Assembly: GCA_044230415.1 (NCBI GenBank)
Contig: JBGARE010000001.1
Location: forward strand, 433,195-497,194
Length of the DNA stretch: 64,000 nt
Reading direction: 5' to 3'
Source of the DNA: Kofleriaceae bacterium
Lineage (GTDB): Bacteria > Myxococcota_A > Polyangia > Haliangiales > Haliangiaceae
Shown here: positions 1 through 9,500 of the stretch, one piece after another
Position numbering within the stretch: the first letter of the stretch is position 1
How the letters are laid out: the number at the start of each line of letters is the position of its first letter
Program-made: the position numbers and the translations under genes
Notes under the pieces: generated by a model
The model's database searches: none
Seen by the model: only the letters and a program-made list of their open reading frames with translations
What the model was told of the DNA's origin: nothing

Positions 1-355
1 CCGCGAACAGTGACAGTGGCAACTCGAACGTGGCGTAGCCGGTGTTTGTCTCGGGATCGATCAACGCGTACAGCTCGACGTCCGACCATCGTAGCCACGC
101 GCGTTCGGGAATCATGGAGTCACCGACACGAAACCACGCGTGAAGATCGAGGGAGAGCGTGAGCGACACGATGTCGTGACTCGCATCGACGATCGCTGCG
201 AGAAGTCGCTCGCGAAATGCGGTGTAGGCGCCGTCACTCCAGACGATGGTTCGTGGGTCATCATTCGTCAGGGTCGCCTCGTTCACCCGAGTCAGAGGAC
301 TGAAATCCTCGAGCCATGCTTCGACGAACGAGCGCCACCACTGCGTACGCGACAT
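1..355 (-). CDS. Hypothetical protein, partial (runs off the window edge); possible partner/immunity gene of the upstream DUF4157 protein
   Basis: ATG at 355..353 on the minus strand. I checked every + strand triplet in this frame from position 2 to 355 and found no TTA/CTA/TCA, so there is no minus-strand stop. Translation: MSRTQWWRSFVEAWLEDFSPLTRVNEATLTNDDPRTIVWSDGAYTAFRERLLAAIVDASHDIVSLTLSLDLHAWFRVGDSMIPERAWLRWSDVELYALIDPETNTGYATFELPLSLFA..., with GC-rich third positions. It begins about 100 bp after the stop of the 457..4488 gene on the same strand. It is absent from the ORF track only because there is no stop inside the window. Confidence 0.45.
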   Translation of the reverse strand, partial: MSRTQWWRSFVEAWLEDFSPLTRVNEATLTNDDPRTIVWSDGAYTAFRERLLAAIVDASHDIVSLTLSLDLHAWFRVGDSMIPERAWLRWSDVELYALIDPETNTGYATFELPLSLFA

Positions 356-456
356 GCCCGCTGGCTGAACGAGCTCCGTGTGCCATGCCGCTCCATCCTG
401 CTCCCAGCCCCAAGTATCGGTACGCGGTTGGCGCGGCGGTGAATCGTCGTTCGTGC

Positions 457-3400
457 TCACGGGTACACTCGTGTCGTTCCGGTTGCGTCGATGGTCACGG
501 CGCCCCGGTCGACTTTCAACAGAAGGCGCTGTGATTCACCCGCAGCGTTCTTGTCCAGAACTTCGACCCAACCGACATGATCGCTTCGAGCGCCCTTCAA
601 GCTCTGCTTGAGCTGGCCCTGCACCTCGTTCGCGATCTGTTCGTTGCTCCTCGCGATTCGCCCGGTGGCGCTCGCATCGAGTCGAATGTATCCCGGAGCT
701 GTTGTCGCGTCCGCGCGCGCCGAGATCTGCGAGGCAGCCTTGCGAAGGTTGCGTTGGATGGCGTCCTTTCCGATGGTTCCTTCGGCATTCCCGAGGGCCT
801 TTACCTCGACCGGAACCTTCGGCTGACGACCGCCGGTCACGAGGAACTCGGGCGTCTTGACCCCCTGTACTTCGCCGGCTGTCAGGCCATGCAGGGACCG
901 ATCGGATCCCAAGGGCGATCTTCCCTCGAGAACGTCGACAGCGGTGCTTAGCTCGGCATTCGCCTGATCGAGCTCGGCGGTGGCTTTTGCGATCTTCTCC
1001 TTCCCACCTTTCGCTGCGAGCTTCGCGAGCTTTGCCTCCGCTTCCACGACGCTCTCGAACCGGGAGATGAAGTCGCCGCTGACGCGGCCCGCGTACTTGT
1101 CGAAGAACGCCGCCGTTCGCTGCAGCGTCTCTGCACCGACCGCGTGGCTGGTGTTCCCCAACAACTTCCGCATCGCTGCCATCAGCTCGGCGTCCCCGAG
1201 CTTCGCCAGCTTCTGGAACGCGAGCACTGCTTCTTCGCCCATGCGAGTGAGCGCGAGCGCTTCCTCGCCGGCGAGCCCTGCTTCGAGCAGCTTGAGAACA
1301 CGCGGTGCATTCTGGGTTTCGAGCAGGAGCTTCGTGAGGATCGCTTCGTCGGCGAGAGCGCGCATCTTGAGGAGCTGTCCTGGGCGCGCGACCCCGAGGA
1401 GCTCGGCGAGCTTTCCTGCGTTCTTGAATTGCCCCAGGAGCTCGACGAGCTTTTCGGCGGAGGCAGCTCCGTGCCCGGTACCGACGAGCAGATCGAGCAG
1501 GAGGTCTGCATCCTTCACCTCGGAGATCAGCTTGACCAGCGTCTCGCCGTTCTTCGCGTACGCGAGCACCTCGAGGAGCGTGGCGGTATTGCCTCCGAGC
1601 TTCGCGACCAGCGCGTCGGCGAGCTTGAGGTTTCCGCCCATCCGATCGAGGAGCTTCGCCGCGAGGATCGGATCGGCCTTCGCGAGGGCCGCGAGGTTCG
1701 GGAACCGCCAGTCCTTGAGACCCTTGATCGCGGCGGCGCCGGTGAGCACCGTGAACACGCCCGCGAGGACAGCCTCGATGACGAACGAGACCCACGCCAT
1801 CTTCAGCGCGTGCTCCGCCTGCGCGACGGTAATGCCTTGGATGTTTAGCTGCGTGTCGAGGCGCGCGAGGTCGAGGCGGCGCTCGGCTTCACCGATGTGT
1901 TTGGCCGAGCCGTAGAGGCCGATGCCGATATCGATGCCCGCGAGGATCAGGCCGCCGACGCCGGGGACGAGCAGCGCTCCTACGGTCAGCAGTCCTTTGA
2001 GGAACATGCCGACCAGCGACGACGCGATCTGATCGACGATGTGCTCGACGCGCCAGACCGCGATCGCGTAGGCCTGGAATGGATTCTCGCGGACGACGAC
2101 CTGCCGCGTGGCCTGCTGCCACAGCGACGAGTACTCGAATACGCCGATGCCGAGCCGGTGCTTCGCTTCGACGACGACGTCCTCACCGTAGCTGTGCGGC
2201 GAGTAGGTACCGTCGACGATGTTCGACTTCACGCGCGCGAAGGCTTCGATCGCATCGGCGAGCTCGGACTTCTTCTTGCTGCGGCCCGCGGGCGACTCGA
2301 GCTCGTCGGCCTTCGCGCGCATCACCTTCACGGCGTTGCGGAGGTCGGGGAGGTCCTCGAGCGTGACGATGTGTCCGTTGACCGTCGACGATTTGATCTC
2401 GCCGGACTCGATCTGATCGGCGGCGTTCTCGATCAGCCATGCAGCGATTCGATAGCGACCGGCGGTCTCCGGAATCCGCGTCTCGAAGTTGTCGTGGAAG
2501 TCTTTGATCTCGTCGTAGTTCTTGGTGACCCATTCGAGGGCCACCTCCTTCAGCATCGGGACCCACGTGTTGTCGAGGAACCACGCAGCTTCCTCGCCGC
2601 GCGCTTCGACGATGTCGCGGATGTTCTCCCAGCTCAGATCGACGCGCTCGGCGATCTCCTTCTTCGCGGCGTCTCGCTGCGTTTCGAGCTCGGTCTTGAG
2701 AGCGAGGAGCTCCGTGCCGATCGTGAGCAACGCGGTCAAGAAGCCGAGCTGTGGTGGGAGCGTGGCTTTGCCGGAAATCGCGACGGCGTTTGCGACCAGC
2801 GCTTCGTCGACGCGCCCACCGCTGTTCACGGTGTCGAAGATCGTGCGTAGCGCCTGCGCGACGTAGAACGAGCTCTCGTAGAACCCACGCGGATTCGCGA
2901 TCAGCGCAGCGAGCTCGGGCTCCGAGGTCGCCTCGGGGTCATCGATCTTCGCTACGAGATCGCGGTTGCGCCGCTCCGCATCCTTGCCGGCCGTCGCGAG
3001 CTTCTGGAGGATCGCGAACGTCGCCTTCTCGTCGGCGTTCCGCGCGATGTTCCGCATCATGTCGGGGTCCTTGCGGGCCTCCTTCATGTACTCGGCGGAG
3101 ATGTAGTCGAGGATCTGCGCGCGCTTCGAATCGAGATCGAGGTTGTCGATGTAGACCTGGAAATCGAGACGGCTCCTCGTCCAGTCGTCGAGCACCCATC
3201 CCGTCGTCAGCTGTGGACCAGCCCAGCCGATCCACGCGTCGATCTTCTCGTGGCGCTGCTCCGCGGCGCGGTCGACGCCTTTCGGTCGATAGCGTTCGAG
3301 ATCGAAGCTCCTCGGGACAAAGACGAGGTCTGCCGCACTATCGACGTAGTTGCCGAGGAACTTCTCGGATAGGACCTGATTCGTCTCCGTGCCGAAGCTC

Positions 3401-4488
3401 CGGCTCATGACGTAGTCCCAGATCGACACCGCGAGGTCGTCGGGAACCACACCGCCGTCGACCGGAGGCGCGCTCGCGACCTCGTTCTCGAGGAGAAGCA
3501 AGAACGTCTCGACGCGGTCCCGCTCGGCATTCTCGCGCATGGACGTTCCGCCCATCATGAAGACGTCGCTCCGAACCGATGGAAGCGCCGTCTGCCAGTC
3601 GACGGTGCCGGGATCGACCTCGAGGTACTCCTCGAGAGCGACACGATGCTTTTGCTGCCGGAGAAACTCGCTGCGCCAGTCGAGAAGAAACGAGACGGTC
3701 GGGAAGCCAGCTGTCGGCATGATCGACCACACCGGCAGTGCCCTCTCGATCATCGCGGTGACGCCCGGTCCCCCGAGATACGTCGTGGTCTCGAGCAATG
3801 GCCTTCCGCGCGGCGAGAACAGCTCGGTCAGCGCAGTGACGAGCTGCGCCTCGAGCGCGGGATCGGCGTCGAAGCGCGAGAGAGTGTCGTCGTCGACGTG
3901 TAGCGAGAGAAACACCCCGGCGTCGCGAAACGGCACGCCGAGTTGAAACAGCGTGACGCCGTCGTCGTCGGAGCCGCGGATCAGCGGATCCTTCTGGACC
4001 GCTTTGCGCGTCGGGCCGCCGGCGTGTTGATCGAGGAGTGCTTCTGCCGAGCCGCCCGCGACGACCGTGTCCGCGACCGCATCGGCGTGACGTTCGTAGC
4101 GATCACCGCGCTGACCGGCCCGGCTGTCGACGCCGCGGCTCTGTTGCACGACGTGAGCGGCCTCGTGCGCCGCGGTGCGGAGGTCCGGTTGTTCGCCGAA
4201 CGCGACCCGATCACCGACGGTGAATGCGCGTGCACCCATCTGCGTCGCGGCGTCGCCACCCGCGCCACCGACCGACGCTCGCGCATCACCGATGTCGTGA
4301 TGACCGAATGATTCCTGAATGCGATCGCGGTGCGGCAACGGCCCGTGGGCTTGCTCTACGCCGGCGGATGCGCGGACGTAGAGTGGGATGCCGGTCTTCG
4401 CAGGCGGCTTCGCGCGACCGCGCGTTGACGACGAGGGCGCGGCGCCCCTATCCCCCTTCGACGGCTTCTTCGTCGGAACGAACGCCAA
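457..4488 (-). CDS. Large (1343 aa) protein with an N-terminal DUF4157-like zinc-metallopeptidase-type domain (HExxH), a central hydrophobic/helical repeat region and a C-terminal domain of unknown function
   Basis: The N-terminus reads ...GARAFTVGDRVAFGEQPDLRTAAHEAAHVVQQSRG..., which matches the DUF4157 signature including the HEaaH motif. The middle contains a Gly/Ile-rich probable membrane segment (GALLVPGVGGLILAGIDIGIGLYG) and repeated LAKLG/LLEAG helical units. It is a long single ORF with good codon bias. Confidence 0.8.
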   Translation of the reverse strand: MAFVPTKKPSKGDRGAAPSSSTRGRAKPPAKTGIPLYVRASAGVEQAHGPLPHRDRIQESFGHHDIGDARASVGGAGGDAATQMGARAFTVGDRVAFGEQPDLRTAAHEAAHVVQQSRGVDSRAGQRGDRYERHADAVADTVVAGGSAEALLDQHAGGPTRKAVQKDPLIRGSDDDGVTLFQLGVPFRDAGVFLSLHVDDDTLSRFDADPALEAQLVTALTELFSPRGRPLLETTTYLGGPGVTAMIERALPVWSIMPTAGFPTVSFLLDWRSEFLRQQKHRVALEEYLEVDPGTVDWQTALPSVRSDVFMMGGTSMRENAERDRVETFLLLLENEVASAPPVDGGVVPDDLAVSIWDYVMSRSFGTETNQVLSEKFLGNYVDSAADLVFVPRSFDLERYRPKGVDRAAEQRHEKIDAWIGWAGPQLTTGWVLDDWTRSRLDFQVYIDNLDLDSKRAQILDYISAEYMKEARKDPDMMRNIARNADEKATFAILQKLATAGKDAERRNRDLVAKIDDPEATSEPELAALIANPRGFYESSFYVAQALRTIFDTVNSGGRVDEALVANAVAISGKATLPPQLGFLTALLTIGTELLALKTELETQRDAAKKEIAERVDLSWENIRDIVEARGEEAAWFLDNTWVPMLKEVALEWVTKNYDEIKDFHDNFETRIPETAGRYRIAAWLIENAADQIESGEIKSSTVNGHIVTLEDLPDLRNAVKVMRAKADELESPAGRSKKKSELADAIEAFARVKSNIVDGTYSPHSYGEDVVVEAKHRLGIGVFEYSSLWQQATRQVVVRENPFQAYAIAVWRVEHIVDQIASSLVGMFLKGLLTVGALLVPGVGGLILAGIDIGIGLYGSAKHIGEAERRLDLARLDTQLNIQGITVAQAEHALKMAWVSFVIEAVLAGVFTVLTGAAAIKGLKDWRFPNLAALAKADPILAAKLLDRMGGNLKLADALVAKLGGNTATLLEVLAYAKNGETLVKLISEVKDADLLLDLLVGTGHGAASAEKLVELLGQFKNAGKLAELLGVARPGQLLKMRALADEAILTKLLLETQNAPRVLKLLEAGLAGEEALALTRMGEEAVLAFQKLAKLGDAELMAAMRKLLGNTSHAVGAETLQRTAAFFDKYAGRVSGDFISRFESVVEAEAKLAKLAAKGGKEKIAKATAELDQANAELSTAVDVLEGRSPLGSDRSLHGLTAGEVQGVKTPEFLVTGGRQPKVPVEVKALGNAEGTIGKDAIQRNLRKAASQISARADATTAPGYIRLDASATGRIARSNEQIANEVQGQLKQSLKGARSDHVGWVEVLDKNAAGESQRLLLKVDRGAVTIDATGTTRVYP

Positions 4489-4554
4489 CGCCGCAGTCGA
4501 CGACGATCAGCCATCTCGAACAATCGGGAGCGCTGCCGCAAAACGCGGCAGGGA

Positions 4555-5319
4555 TCACAACACGTCGAGGAGCACGCGCGCGCCGATCGAGACGACCGCC
4601 GGGTTCGGCGAGCGCACGCCGAACTCGGCGCGAGCGAACACGTCGAACACCGGCGTGCGGTGCTTGCCGATCGGCGTGAGCCGGATGCCGATCTCCGGAC
4701 CGACGAGGAACTGGTTCTTCGCACCGTCGGCCGCGGGGAAGTTGCCGGACATCGACAGGCCGAGGCTCACTTTGGAGATGCCGTAGCCGACCATCGCGCG
4801 CGCGCCGAAGCCATCGGCATCGCCGAACGACTTCTGGCCCTCGACGACGATCGTCAGCGCGGGCGACGGGAAGCTCTGCGAGCCATAGGCGCCTTCGAGG
4901 ACATCACGGATCACCTTCTCGATGATGTCGTGCACGAGTTGATCGCCGTCGACCTCGCCGCGCGCGATCGCGAGACGCACCTCTTCCTTCACGCGCTCTT
5001 TGATCACCTCTTCGAGCGCGAGACCGGTGGGCACCTTGAACGTGTACAGGCCCAGGCCGAACGAGAGGCCGCCGCCCGAGACCGAGTCCTTCGCGTCGAT
5101 GATGCCGACGCCGCCGATGTGCGGGCCGATCGCGATCGCACGGCGCGCGCGGCCGACCGCGGCTCGCGCGATCGCTTTGGCGACCTTGTCGTCGATGCCG
5201 TAGCGATCGAGCTTGTCGGCGGCGCGCGACGCGAAGTCAGCGATTCGCGATGCCGTATCCGCTGACGCCGAGCGTGCGAGCGAGACCACGCACAACGAAG
5301 CCAAGAGAAGTCGTTTCAT
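4555..5319 (-). CDS. Secreted hypothetical protein (signal peptide)
   Basis: The refined start is the internal ATG giving MKRLLLASLCVVSLARSASA, a classic signal peptide. The ORF-track start at 5421 adds a 34-aa non-signal extension. The mature part is Gly/Val-rich with no recognisable catalytic motif. Confidence 0.6.
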   Translation of the reverse strand: MKRLLLASLCVVSLARSASADTASRIADFASRAADKLDRYGIDDKVAKAIARAAVGRARRAIAIGPHIGGVGIIDAKDSVSGGGLSFGLGLYTFKVPTGLALEEVIKERVKEEVRLAIARGEVDGDQLVHDIIEKVIRDVLEGAYGSQSFPSPALTIVVEGQKSFGDADGFGARAMVGYGISKVSLGLSMSGNFPAADGAKNQFLVGPEIGIRLTPIGKHRTPVFDVFARAEFGVRSPNPAVVSIGARVLLDVL

Positions 5320-5438
5320 GATTTCTAGGTAACCTCGGGCCTCGTCGCGGCTTACGGCGATCACGCGAGTTTCACGTTTTCGTGAACACCAGGATACGCA
5401 GGCGGTGCTGCGTTTTTTCACGCCGTGCGCGACGGCAA

Positions 5439-6413
5439 CTACTTCGTCAGGACGAGGTAGGCGAGGACCGCGATCGCACCGACGAGGATCGCGATCAGCA
5501 CGAACACGAGCGCGTTGGACTTCGACGGTGCGGCGATGCGCGGATCCATCGGCGCCTGCGCGGCGAAGCCGAAGCTGTTGCTCGACGGCGACGAGCTCGG
5601 TCCCGACGAGAAGCCGGGCGGACGCGATCCACTACCAGGACCCGTCGGCGGCTTCGAGCCGAGCTGCGGACGGCTCGGGGGCTTGAGGTTCGAGCCGCTG
5701 CCGGTGCTGCCCGGATTGCTGCCGGGACCGCTGCCATGCTTCGCGAGCACCGATGCGGGCTGCGTGCTCGTGCGCTGGATCGAAGGCAGCGATGGAACGC
5801 TCGGCTTGGATCCGCCGGAGAGGTTCGGCTGGCTCGCGCGCGAGCGGACCTTCTTGCCGCCGTTGTTGTCGCCGTTGGATCCGCGACCGAGGTCGCGCAT
5901 CGCACCGTTGATCTTGTCGGGCTCGGCGAGCTTCTTCTGGTTCGAGAGGAACGCGAAGTAGCTATCCGGCATGTCGTCGAAGTCCATGACGAGATCGCAC
6001 TCGTCACAGCGACACGTGGGCGGCTCGTGTGGCGGCGGACCCATGTCCGTTGCCTCGACGAGCAGGACCTTCTCCTCGTCGCACTCCGGGCAGAAGTACG
6101 GAACGTAGAAGCTCTTGACGACGCCGTTGCCGGTGAAGTTGTTGACGAGGTTGATCTGCGCGACGATCGCCGGCGAGCACTCGACGAGAACCGAGCGCGT
6201 GCCGTTCGTCTCGAGCTTCGAGAGCCAGTTCACCCAGTCGCGAACGCCGCACGAGTTGATGCGCTCGATCTCGCCGAGATCGATCACGGCTGTTCCCGTC
6301 GGAATCTTGTCGACGAGATCCGCGAGCTCGTTGTCCTCGTCGATAACACCGCCGAGCTTCACGTAGCTCACGTCACCGCGGTGTTGCACCGATGCTTGGA
6401 ACTTCTGGCTCAT
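5439..6413 (-). CDS. STAS-domain protein with a Cys-rich zinc-ribbon-like segment, a Pro/Ser-rich linker and a C-terminal transmembrane anchor
   Basis: The N-terminal 110 aa ([20 protein letters not shown]...[21 protein letters not shown]...[10 protein letters not shown]) resemble an anti-sigma-antagonist/STAS fold. This is followed by CPECD...CRCDECD, a long P/S/G-rich linker and the C-terminal hydrophobic helix [21 protein letters not shown]. Confidence 0.6.
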   Translation of the reverse strand: MSQKFQASVQHRGDVSYVKLGGVIDEDNELADLVDKIPTGTAVIDLGEIERINSCGVRDWVNWLSKLETNGTRSVLVECSPAIVAQINLVNNFTGNGVVKSFYVPYFCPECDEEKVLLVEATDMGPPPHEPPTCRCDECDLVMDFDDMPDSYFAFLSNQKKLAEPDKINGAMRDLGRGSNGDNNGGKKVRSRASQPNLSGGSKPSVPSLPSIQRTSTQPASVLAKHGSGPGSNPGSTGSGSNLKPPSRPQLGSKPPTGPGSGSRPPGFSSGPSSSPSSNSFGFAAQAPMDPRIAAPSKSNALVFVLIAILVGAIAVLAYLVLTK

Positions 6414-6526
6414 CGTTCCGCCACGTAACGACAGTAGTATTGATTACACCGCACCCGCATAAGCCGCACGCCAAACTCTACTCCGCGGGAACAGAGTGAT
6501 CCAGGATGCCTAAGTAGTTTTGGTGC

Positions 6527-9500
6527 CTACACGGTTCCCGCGAGGGCGTCACGTAGCTGCTGGTAGTCGTCGGAGAGATAAAACCGCACCAGATCAGGAC
6601 CACCGAGGACAGATCCGAGCGCGACGGTGGCGTCGTGGCTCGCGAGCTGCTCCCCGGATAGGCGGGCAACTGCCCAAATGGCCGCCGTGAAATCGTCGCA
6701 TGCGAGGAGGCCGGCCCGCTTTGCACAGGCGTGCATGCCGTCGATCCACGCCCCCGCATCGACATCGCGAATACCGGCGTGGGCCTCGAGGACCTTGTGC
6801 GCTTCGGCGCTCGCGTTGTTGATCATGTCGGCCGCGGGCCCGGTGAGATCGACATCGGCGGCGAGCAGCGCGCGCAGCAATGCGGCGAGCTCGCGGCGCT
6901 GGCGTGCACCGAGCTGGAGGATCGACGCGTAGCCACCGCGGATCGCCTCGAACGCATAGCCGAGGATGAACCGCAGCGCGAGATCGCTCTCGACGAGCAG
7001 CGTGCGATCGATGACGAGCAGGCGCGTGGGATATGCGGTGATCGCGATCAGGCCGGGCACGCGCTCGCCGACGAAGATCTCCGCCTCGACCTGATAGAGG
7101 TAGCCGAGCTCCTGCGCGAGCGCTTCGAGGCGCGGCTCGTTGCCCTGCGCGGGCATCAGGTTCTCGCCGAGCGATGGCTGCGCGAGCATCGAGGACAGCT
7201 CCTCGGCGAACGCGGAGAACACCTCGCCGAGCGGCTCGCGCGCGGCCGGCGTGATCAGCCAGCGTTCGCGATTCTCGTCGTCGATCGGGCGGCGCAGTGG
7301 TTCGCCGACGCGGTTCGCGCGCAGGCGCTGCGCAGCCGAGCGATCCGGATCCTCCGCGAAGCCGAGCAAGTCGAGCGCGGTGAGCACGCGCGTCGCGCGC
7401 TCGTGATCGCCCATGCGGCTGTAGAACGATGCGAGCAAGCGATACGCGGGCGCGTGGTGGATGTCGCGCTCGAGCACCTTGCGTAGCTCGCCGATCGCGC
7501 GGCGCGGATCGTCGACGGCGTAGATCTCCGCGAGGGCGACGCGATCGCTCGGGCTATCGGGCTCGACGTTCAAGATGCCGCGGTACGCCTCGATCGCGGC
7601 GGGGCGATCGCCGCTCGCGAGCAGGATGCGCGCGAGTCCGCGCTGCAGCGGAACCGCGGCGCGTTGACCGCCTTGCGCCATCGCGGCGTGCGCGGCGTCG
7701 AGGAGCAGCGTCTCGGCTTGACGTTGATCGCCACCGTCGGCGGCGCGGCGCGCGAGCACGAGCGCGGGCGGTGCGTAACCCGGGTCGTACTCGATCGCCC
7801 GGCGATACTGCGGCGCGGCGGCGCGGTGATCGCCCGACGCGTCGAGGATGCGGCCCTTGTAGTAGTAGTAGCGCGCGAGCGCGGCGGCGATCAGCGGCTG
7901 CCCCGGGGCGGTCGCGAGCTCGATCACGCGATCGATCGCGGCGCGCGCGTCGGCGTGGCGACCGACGAGGTAGTACTGCTGCGCGAGCATGTAGTACGCG
8001 TCTTGATGCGATGGCTCGGTCTTGATGACATCGCGAAGCACGCCGATCGCGCGGGTCGCGTCCATCTCGCCGTCCGCGTGGATCGCGGCCATGCGCATGC
8101 GCGCGCGGAGCCGATCCGCGGGCGCGGCGGCGTTGGTATTCACGAAGCGCTCGATCGCGGTGATCGCCTGCGACCAGTGGCGCGTGTCGGTGTGGAAATC
8201 GACGAGCGCGGACAGCACGACGAAGTCGCCGGGCGCGAGATCGACGGCCTCGCGGTACAGCTCGGCCGCACCGTCGAGATCGCCATCGCGCTCGATGATC
8301 GAGGCGCGACCGACGTGCACGCGCGCGAGCAGCGGGCCCGAGTCCTCGCGCTTGCGATACAGCTTGTCGAGCTCGCGATAGGTGACGTCGAAGTCCCACG
8401 CTTCGGGGCGTTCGCGCGCGAGCCCGCCGAGATCGTCGAGGGCCTCGGGGTTGATCGGCTTGATCTCGAGCGCGACGATGAAGCTCTCGGCCGCGGCGCG
8501 CGGATCGCCGGTCTTCCACGCGACGACGCCGCGCCTGCGATAGAAGTCCGAGCGCGTCGACGGATCGCCTTCGCGCATCGCCTTCTGCGCGAGCGCGTTC
8601 GCGATCGGCTGCGCCTTGTCCCACTCGCCGCGATCGAAGTAGTGCTCGAACAGCGCCTGGTTCGCGGGCAAGCAGTCGGGATCGACGGTGAGCGCGCTCT
8701 CGTAGAACTGCATCGCCCGCTCGGCGTCGCCGAGTTGCTTCTCGTAGATGCGGCCGATCTGCGCGAACACACCGGCGCGCTCCTTGTCGTCCTGCCAGAG
8801 CTTCACCTCGAGCTCGAGCGATTCGATGACGCGCGGCCACTCCTCGCGGCGGCGATACAGATCGCGAAGCCCGTGCACCGCGGGCAAGCACGCCGACGAC
8901 GTCTTGATCGCCGCGTCGTAGTAGCGAATCGCATCCTGCTCGCGACCGAACTTCGCTTCCATGACGGAACCGCAGCGGAAGTAGAGCAGAGCCTTCGTGT
9001 TGCGATCGCTCGTGACCTTGATCAGCTTGCGCGTGACATCGATGAACTCGGCCCACTGCTCGGTCGATTCGTAGATGCGACCGAGCGCGTCGAGCGCGTC
9101 GCGATTCTCGGGTTGGAGCTCGAGGATCTTGAGGTAGTGCTCGGTCGCCGAGTCGACATCGCGCGCGCCTTCCTCGGACACGCGGGCGATGCGCTTGAGC
9201 AGCTCGACGGACTCCGCTTTGTCGCGCGCGGAGACGAGCCGCATCTTGAGCACGTCGATGAGGCCGCTCTTGTCCTGTTCGTCCTCGTAGTACTGCTCGA
9301 GGCTCGACACGGCCTCGGCATCGTTGGGATCGATGGTGAGCAGCTTGCGCTGGATGCGAAGCGACTGGCGGCGATCGCCCGCGTTCTTCTGCGCGAGCTG
9401 CGCGGCGGCGCGCAACGCGTCGGCCTTGCGCTGCGGATCCTTCTGCGTTTCGGCGCGCTTCTCGTACGCGGCGATCAGCGGCTGCCAATCGCCGCGGCGC

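Noticed and set aside
536-1795. 419-aa Arg-rich minus-strand ORF and several + strand ORFs within 457..4488
   Set aside because: They are alternate frames of the DUF4157 protein gene. Their products are dominated by R/G/S runs.
5382-6428. 348-aa + strand ORF opposite the STAS-domain gene
   Set aside because: It is antisense to a gene with a recognisable STAS fold and TM anchor, and its product is low-complexity.
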